From the sequence record LC739532.1: 64,000 nt of DNA; one strand, 5' to 3'. The translations under genes and the position numbers were made by a program. Positions 59,736-64,000 of this stretch are shown in pieces; position 1 is the stretch's first letter; every line of letters begins with the position of its first letter. The notes beneath the pieces were generated by a model. The model saw only the letters and a program-made list of their open reading frames with translations, did no database searches and was not told the origin of the DNA. The stretch is from Escherichia phage phiWec177.

Positions 59736-59812
59736 CTCTGTTTAGCTCAGCTTGGTAGAGCGTTCCGTTTGGGGCGGTAAGGCCGGAGGTTCAAGTCCTC
59801 CAACAGAGACCA
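59736..59812 (+). tRNA. tRNA-Pro (anticodon TGG), tentative
   Basis: Acceptor CTCTGTT/AACAGAG, D-arm GCTC..GAGC, loop TTTGGGG, T-arm GGAGG-TTCAAGT-CCTCC, CCA encoded. Confidence 0.7.
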
Positions 59813-59819
59813 AATTAAT

Positions 59820-59894
59820 GTCGTAGAAGGCAAATGGTTAGCCACCTGACCTTCAATCAGTTGCTCGCGGGTTCGAATCCCGTCTACGACTCCA
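59820..59894 (+). tRNA. tRNA (anticodon TTC, Glu?) tentative
   Basis: Acceptor GTCGTAG/CTACGAC, T-arm GCGGG-TTCGAAT-CCCGT, CCA; anticodon loop CCTTCAA. Confidence 0.6.
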
Positions 59895-59977
59895 AATTTG
59901 ACAGAAGACCAAGTACAGCAAACAACTTTACTTTTCGCGCATAGAAAACTTAAAATTTTGGTCTGGTCATAAAAGTT

Positions 59978-60054
59978 CGCGGGTATAGAGAAAGGGCGTC
60001 TCACATGTCTCATTAGCATGGTATCGGCAGGTTCGACTCCTGCACCCGCCTCCA
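59978..60054 (+). tRNA. tRNA (anticodon CAT; Met or Ile2)
   Basis: Anticodon arm CATGT-CTCATTA-GCATG, T-arm GCAGG-TTCGACT-CCTGC, CCA. Confidence 0.65.
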
Positions 60055-60138
60055 AATTTACAGAAGACCGTTTACAGCAACATTTATTAAATTTTTAGCG
60101 GAAAAAATTGAAAGATACGGTCTGGTAATACTAAACAT

Positions 60139-60214
60139 GGTTAGGAAGCACATAAGGTATGTGCGGTCGCCTGTTAAGCGAATGGCACAGGGTTCGAATC
60201 CCTGACTAACCGCA
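60139..60214 (+). tRNA. tRNA-Asn (anticodon GTT), tentative
   Basis: D-arm GCAC..GTGC, anticodon loop CTGTTAA, T-arm CAGGG-TTCGAAT-CCCTG; 3' end lacks full CCA. Confidence 0.6.
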
Positions 60215-60223
60215 AAATTAAAT

Positions 60224-60311
60224 GTGTCGTTATCCCGTAGATGGTAGCGGTGGGGACTGTAAATCCCTTGTCATTGAGACTCGGTAGGTTCGACTCCTAC
60301 ACGGCACACCA
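60224..60311 (+). tRNA. tRNA-Tyr (anticodon GTA), class II
   Basis: Acceptor GTGTCGT/ACGGCAC, anticodon arm GGGGA-CTGTAAA-TCCCT, long variable arm, T-arm GTAGG-TTCGACT-CCTAC, CCA. Confidence 0.7.
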
Positions 60312-60333
60312 ACACTTAGCGAGATACTTAGTT

Positions 60334-60762
60334 ATGAGAGATGAAGTATACAAATCACAACTTGGTATGAGTTTGGGAACTGCACAAAACAGACTAGTAA
60401 AAGATTTGCTATTCGATTTTATATGTAAGACAAATCAAAATAGATGTTTTCAGTGCGGAAAAGAAATGACTAGGGATGATTTCTCTATCGAGCATAAGAT
60501 TCCGTGGAGACATAGTGAGAATGCAAAAGAGCTTTTCTTTTCACTAGATAATATTTCTTATAGTCATCTTAAATGTAACATGAAAGCAGCAAGACCAGCA
60601 CAGATAAGTGAAAGAAAACATAAAACAATTAAACACGGAACTGCGTATAGCTATTTTAAAGGCTGTAGATGCGATGAGTGTAGGCTGGCTAAGAATGCTG
60701 AGAGTAGAAGAAACTATAGTCCAGAAAGACGTAGGAAGAAGTATCTAAGAAATGGTACATGA
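60334..60762 (+). CDS. HNH endonuclease inside the tRNA array
   Basis: Start at internal Met (MRDEVYK...) of track ORF 60241-60762, whose N-terminal part overlaps tRNA-Tyr; CFQCGKEM...SIEHKIPW...N...HLKCN HNH pattern. Confidence 0.7.
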   Translation: MRDEVYKSQLGMSLGTAQNRLVKDLLFDFICKTNQNRCFQCGKEMTRDDFSIEHKIPWRHSENAKELFFSLDNISYSHLKCNMKAARPAQISERKHKTIKHGTAYSYFKGCRCDECRLAKNAESRRNYSPERRRKKYLRNGT

Positions 60763-60766
60763 ATTT

Positions 60767-60842
60767 GGGGTATTAGTTTAGACGGGTAAAATACGGGATT
60801 GTCTCTCCTGAGCCGCGAGTTCGATTCTCGCATACCTCGCCA
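60767..60842 (+). tRNA. tRNA-Asp (anticodon GTC), tentative
   Basis: Acceptor GGGGTAT/ATACCTC, anticodon arm CGGGA-TTGTCTC-TCCTG, T-arm GCGAG-TTCGATT-CTCGC, CCA. Confidence 0.6.
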
Positions 60843-61270
60843 ATTTTGAGAGGGCTATTTAGCCCCTCCCTTAAAGAGTTCTTACGAGTATTCTTTAAAG
60901 GAGCAGAAGACCAAATTCAGCAAGTTACTTAAAATTTCAAGCCAATTTAATTTTGAAAAATTTAAAACTTGGTCTGGCTCAACAAATTTACAGAAGACCG
61001 TTTACAGCAAAACTTAAACAATCTATTTCTCGGTAAAGAAAAGGCGAAGGTTCGATTCCTTCACTCGGCAGATGTCGAGTTGGTGTAATGGTAGCACTTA
61101 AGATGATAAACAACGGTCTGGTAATTATCTTTGTAGATAAGTTATTAAGCTTACCTGTGAGTATGCGACCACAAAGGGTGAAAGGGTAAATTCTAGATTT
61201 AAACCCAAAAAGGCACATCGCTACAGACCTTAAGCAAGTCTGGGTAGCTTATCTACAAAGATAATTTAAT

Positions 61271-61346
61271 GGAAGTGTAGCAGAATGGTGATGCGGCAGA
61301 CTTTTAATCTGACAGGCGATGGGTTCGAATCCCTCCACTTCTACCA
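61271..61346 (+). tRNA. tRNA-Lys (anticodon TTT)
   Basis: Anticodon loop CTTTTAA, T-loop TTCGAAT, acceptor GGAAGTG/CACTTCT, CCA; T-stem only 3 clear pairs. Confidence 0.6.
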
Positions 61347-61351
61347 AAAAT

Positions 61352-61428
61352 GGTTCAGTCGCAGATAAGGTAATGCAAGGGTCTCATAAGCCCTATGAAT
61401 GTGGGTTCGATTCCCATCTGAACCTCCA
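61352..61428 (+). tRNA. tRNA (anticodon CAT; Met/fMet or Ile2)
   Basis: Acceptor GGTTCAG/CTGAACC, anticodon loop CTCATAA, T-arm GTGGG-TTCGATT-CCCAT, CCA. Confidence 0.7.
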
Positions 61429-61430
61429 AT

Positions 61431-61506
61431 GCTGTGAAAGCACATATGGATGTGCATTCGGCTGATAACCGAAAGGCAGAAGGTTCAAATCCTTCTCACA
61501 GTACCA
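61431..61506 (+). tRNA. tRNA-Ile (anticodon GAT)
   Basis: Acceptor GCTGTGA/TCACAGT, D-arm GCAC..GTGC, anticodon arm TTCGG-CTGATAA-CCGAA, T-arm GAAGG-TTCAAAT-CCTTC, CCA. Confidence 0.75.
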
Positions 61507-61521
61507 ATTTCAATAAAGTTG

Positions 61522-61550
61522 TTGACATTGAGATGTGACTACTTTATAGT
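61522..61550 (+). promoter_or_regulatory. sigma70-like promoter inside tRNA array
   Basis: TTGACA-17 bp-TATAGT. Confidence 0.5.
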
Positions 61551-61754
61551 AACCTTAGTTTTCGTTGCGTAGCGTCTATTTTGCAAATTTAAAATAAATG
61601 CAAACGACAATGTTTTTCTGGCAGTAGCTTGATAGGCTAAACACCAGTGAGGTCTTCCAATCCCTCATCAAAGAATTTGGCGTACTCGCCCACGGTATGA
61701 TTAATAAGGTGGGCATCTTTAAGGGCTTTCTAAGAGAGTCTTTAAAGATAATTA

Positions 61755-61836
61755 CGGGGCGTATCTCAGCTGTCTTCTAAACAGCCGTTAACCGAGTAAG
61801 TGGAGTATGCGGGTTCGAGTCCTGCCGCCTCGACCA
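61755..61836 (+). tRNA. non-canonical tRNA-like element (Arg TCT-like anticodon arm, no clear D-arm)
   Basis: Acceptor CGGGGCG/CGCCTCG, perfect arm GCTGT-CTTCTAA-ACAGC, T-arm GCGGG-TTCGAGT-CCTGC, CCA; only 7 nt between acceptor and anticodon arm, 23 nt before T-arm. Confidence 0.4.
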
Positions 61837-61979
61837 ATTTAGTTAGCAGATTACTTAGACGACCTAAGCGGGTCTTCCTGTAGGGAGGTGGTCTGTATCT
61901 CATGTTTTCAAGAACATGTAAATAATCTGAGAAGGGGCTTTACAGTGTTGAGATAATACGGTAAGCTTCGAATTATAGT

Positions 61980-62062
61980 ATGGGACGATGTTAAGACTCT
62001 AAGGCATGAGCAACGGCCTCCAAAACCGTTTCAAAGGGGTTCAACTCCTCCGTCCCATGCCA
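61980..62062 (+). tRNA. non-canonical tRNA-like element (anticodon undetermined)
   Basis: Acceptor ATGGGAC/GTCCCAT with CCA, T-loop TTCAACT; internal stem AACGG-CCTCCAAAA-CCGTT has a 9-nt loop. Confidence 0.4.
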
Positions 62063-62075
62063 AAGTCTTATTAGG

Positions 62076-62165
62076 GGTAGGTAGCGGCTAATGGTAGCCA
62101 AACTGTCTTGAAAACAGTTGCCACTGTAGAGATACGGTGAGGGTTCGACTCCTTTACTTACCGCC
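62076..62165 (+). tRNA. tRNA-Ser (anticodon TGA), class II
   Basis: 3-bp D-stem, anticodon arm ACTGT-CTTGAAA-ACAGT, about 20-nt variable arm, T-arm GAGGG-TTCGACT-CCTTT; CC only at 3' end. Confidence 0.65.
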
Positions 62166-62423
62166 TAATAAGATTTAATTCCCGCGCTCGTCTAACAAGC
62201 TCGGTTTTTACTCGTGTATTGGCGTACACGGCACGACTATAAAGCACCTAGTAGGTGTCGCGGAGAAGAGATAGTATCAAGCTCTCCAAAGGTTCTAGTC
62301 ACCGGATTAAACAAGACTATGCAAAGACCTTTTTAGGTCTTTTTAGAGGGCTTCTAAGGTTATTACAGCTTGTTGTGGAACCTTGTTGCTTAGGTTCTTA
62401 GAAGTTCTCTAAAAAGGTTTAAT

Positions 62424-62501
62424 GGGAGATTGACGGTAATTGGTAAACCTACCATCCTTAGAAGTTGGTGTTTGAGGGTTCGAATCCCTTGTCTCCCACC
62501 A
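62424..62501 (+). tRNA. tRNA (anticodon TAG?, Leu-like but short variable arm), tentative
   Basis: Acceptor GGGAGAT/GTCTCCC, T-arm GAGGG-TTCGAAT-CCCTT, CCA; anticodon arm has one mismatch. Confidence 0.5.
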
Positions 62502-62508
62502 AATTAAT

Positions 62509-62584
62509 GCAGGTGTAGCAAAATGGTTATGCGGCTGACTCTTAATCAGTAAGACGATGGGTTCAATTCCCTCCACCTGTACCA
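62509..62584 (+). tRNA. tRNA-Lys (anticodon CTT), paralog of 61271-61346
   Basis: Anticodon loop CTCTTAA, acceptor GCAGGTG/CACCTGT, CCA; same weak T-stem as the TTT copy. Confidence 0.6.
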
Positions 62585-62590
62585 AACAAT

Positions 62591-62666
62591 GGGGTCATAG
62601 TTTATATGGTTAAAATTCGAGTTTTGCAAACTTGGGAACTGAGTTCAATTCTCAGTGACTCCACCA
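62591..62666 (+). tRNA. tRNA-Ala (anticodon TGC)
   Basis: Acceptor GGGGTCA/TGACTCC, anticodon arm CGAGT-TTTGCAA-ACTTG, T-arm CTGAG-TTCAATT-CTCAG, CCA. Confidence 0.7.
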
Positions 62667-62672
62667 ATTAGT

Positions 62673-62747
62673 GCATCCATAGTTTAAACGGGAAAATTAC
62701 AGTCTTCCAAACTGAGGTTGAGGGTTCGATTCCCTCTGGATGCTCCA
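62673..62747 (+). tRNA. tRNA-Gly (anticodon TCC)
   Basis: Acceptor GCATCCA/TGGATGC perfect, anticodon loop CTTCCAA, T-arm GAGGG-TTCGATT-CCCTC, CCA. Confidence 0.75.
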
Positions 62748-62753
62748 AATAAT

Positions 62754-62830
62754 GCTGCTTTCGTATAATTGGCTATTACACATCCCTTGTAAGGATGGAG
62801 ATGCGGGTTCAAGTCCTGTGAGCAGCACCA
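62754..62830 (+). tRNA. tRNA-Thr (anticodon TGT)
   Basis: Anticodon arm CATCC-CTTGTAA-GGATG perfect, acceptor GCTGCTT/GAGCAGC, CCA. Confidence 0.75.
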
Positions 62831-62925
62831 ATTCAGAGGTCAAGTGAAAGACCGCTGGTGTCAACTGAAGACCGTAACAAATTCCACGGAGTTGAGTTAG
62901 CGGCACAACTTCAGACCTCTTTCAC

Positions 62926-63000
62926 ACTCGCTTAGTTTATATGGTAAAACATCACCCTTACAAGATGAAGAAAAAGGTTCAAGTCCTTTAGTGAGTACCA
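62926..63000 (+). tRNA. tRNA-Val (anticodon TAC), tentative
   Basis: T-arm AAAGG-TTCAAGT-CCTTT perfect, acceptor ACTCGCT/AGTGAGT, anticodon loop CTTACAA, CCA. Confidence 0.6.
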
Positions 63001-63001
63001 T

Positions 63002-63079
63002 GTTCCAGTATCCCAATTGGCAGAGGATGCAAGCTCAAACCTTGTATTAGTGACGGTTCGAATCCGTCTTGGAACACCA
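63002..63079 (+). tRNA. tRNA (anticodon CAA?), tentative
   Basis: T-arm GACGG-TTCGAAT-CCGTC perfect, acceptor GTTCCAG/TTGGAAC, anticodon arm GCAAG-CTCAAAC-CTTGT, CCA; short variable arm is unusual for Leu. Confidence 0.55.
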
Positions 63080-63084
63080 ATTTT

Positions 63085-63160
63085 GCAGGATTAGTTCAAA
63101 TGGATAGAGCAACAGTCTACGAAGCTGTTAATAGGGGTTCGAATCCCTTATCCTGCGCCA
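63085..63160 (+). tRNA. tRNA-Arg (anticodon ACG)
   Basis: Acceptor GCAGGAT/ATCCTGC perfect, anticodon arm ACAGT-CTACGAA-GCTGT, T-loop TTCGAAT, CCA. Confidence 0.75.
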
Positions 63161-63177
63161 GATAAAAAGGTGATACT

Positions 63178-63420
63178 ATGCAAACATTAACAGTAGTTGA
63201 ACATGAAAACCCCAATAGTATTGAGTTTGTAAGGGTTCCCACTATAGATACCCACATTTTCTTGAAAGTCGGATGGGAATGCGACCCAATAAAAGTAGGG
63301 AAATTTCTTGGTCATTACTTTGGTGGAAGACAATTTAAAAGTATCAATTTTGAGACAGTGTTACCAGAAAACTCAGAAACAGATAATAATACTTACCTCC
63401 TTACGAGGATTAGACAATGA
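63178..63420 (+). CDS. hypothetical protein
   Basis: Track ORF immediately after last tRNA; RBS AAAAAGG. Confidence 0.35.
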   Translation: MQTLTVVEHENPNSIEFVRVPTIDTHIFLKVGWECDPIKVGKFLGHYFGGRQFKSINFETVLPENSETDNNTYLLTRIRQ

Positions 63421-63974
63421 GATACTTAAAATATGCTTCATGGATTTTCCTAGCTTTACTAGAACCATTTGCAGCAGCCCTAGCAGTCATCTTAGCACCT
63501 TTCGTAGTTCCATTCTACAGTGAGAAGAAAGGACATCTACCTTTTGGATTCAGATGGATGGAGACCTATGACAACCCGATTGATGGTGATGAAGGTCACG
63601 TTAAAAGATGGGCTAAGATTAGAAAGATTGGTAAGCTGGGTGTCTACATGCAGAGAGTTGGATGGCTCTGGAGAAACAAAGCTTATAACTTCTCTTACCA
63701 TGTATTAGGAAGAGATGTAAAAGATGTTACTAAGTGGAAAGGTAATATCAACGTAAGTTCTAACCCTGAAGATAATCAGACTGGTTATCTCCTAATGTGG
63801 AACAGTAATGCTTGGGGATTATTCGCTTTTATCCCATCAATTAAAGTCTTTGGTAAACAGTTTTACTGGAGAATTTATATTGGATGGAAACTAAAAAGTG
63901 TTGTCCCAGAAGAAAGAGCATTCTCAAGGGAAAGAGTTATGTTGGCATTCTTTATTCATCCACTGAGAAAGTAA
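63417..63974 (+). CDS. hypothetical membrane protein
   Basis: N-terminal hydrophobic WIFLALLEPFAAALAVILAPFVVPF and second hydrophobic segment near C-terminus. Confidence 0.4.
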   Translation: MRYLKYASWIFLALLEPFAAALAVILAPFVVPFYSEKKGHLPFGFRWMETYDNPIDGDEGHVKRWAKIRKIGKLGVYMQRVGWLWRNKAYNFSYHVLGRDVKDVTKWKGNINVSSNPEDNQTGYLLMWNSNAWGLFAFIPSIKVFGKQFYWRIYIGWKLKSVVPEERAFSRERVMLAFFIHPLRK

Positions 63975-64000
63975 AGATTTAAAGGGGATTAGTTTACAAG

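Noticed and set aside
59747-60055. Minus-strand ORF across the first three tRNA genes
   Set aside because: Overlaps well-formed tRNA structures on the opposite strand; an artefact of low stop-codon frequency.
60241-60333. N-terminal extension of the HNH ORF
   Set aside because: This part overlaps tRNA-Tyr (60224-60311); the gene more plausibly starts at the internal Met at 60334.
61041-61067. tRNA gene at the GAAGG-TTCGATT-CCTTC hairpin
   Set aside because: T-arm-like hairpin only; no complementary 5' acceptor strand or anticodon arm upstream. Kept as a tRNA-like fragment.
60988-61218. Minus-strand ORF inside the tRNA array
   Set aside because: Lies over repeat and hairpin sequence between tRNAs with no RBS; treated as spurious.
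62697-62906. Minus-strand ORF over tRNA-Gly and tRNA-Thr
   Set aside because: Antisense to two clear tRNA genes.
1-64000. Prophage or integrative element (integrase, attachment site at tRNA)
   Set aside because: No integrase, repressor/excisionase module or host flanking genes seen; the tRNA array is phage-encoded and gene content is that of a virulent phage.

Overview
This window reads as a contiguous segment of a large, AT-rich, virulent tailed-phage genome; no host genes or integration module were seen. All functional calls below come from motifs read by eye in the ORF-track translations, with no database search run. Gene blocks alternate in orientation: plus 1-3502 (two tail-fibre paralogs), minus 3547-12581 (thyA, frd, ATP-dependent ligase, an HNH endonuclease, family A DNA polymerase), plus 12840-49207 (dNMP kinase, T7-type primase-helicase, SSB-like, flap endonuclease, nrdA/nrdB/glutaredoxin/nrdD/nrdG, a Prs-like plus NAMPT-like NAD module, rIIA/rIIB-like, macro-domain protein, then 15 small genes), minus 50971-57474 (GH24 lysozyme and unknowns), plus 57702-64000 (Ro60-like vWA protein, then a tRNA array of about 20 genes). 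Main observations: (1) the DNA polymerase is split inside motif B by a 268-nt ORF-less group I intron; (2) nrdD is split by a 742-nt group I intron carrying an HNH endonuclease; (3) a Prs-like and NAMPT-like gene pair is interrupted by another HNH gene; (4) a cassette of small genes at 43.5-49.2 kb is tiled with two families of repeated hairpin-plus-RBS modules; (5) a 1.76-kb ORF-free, iteron-dense region sits at 49.2-51.0 kb; (6) a Ro60-like protein lies directly upstream of the tRNA array, which also holds non-canonical tRNA-like elements. The gene content resembles Felix O1-like myoviruses, but that is inference from memory. Coordinates for tRNAs, introns, promoters, terminators and repeats were indexed by hand and may be off by 1-3 nt; CDS coordinates follow the ORF track.
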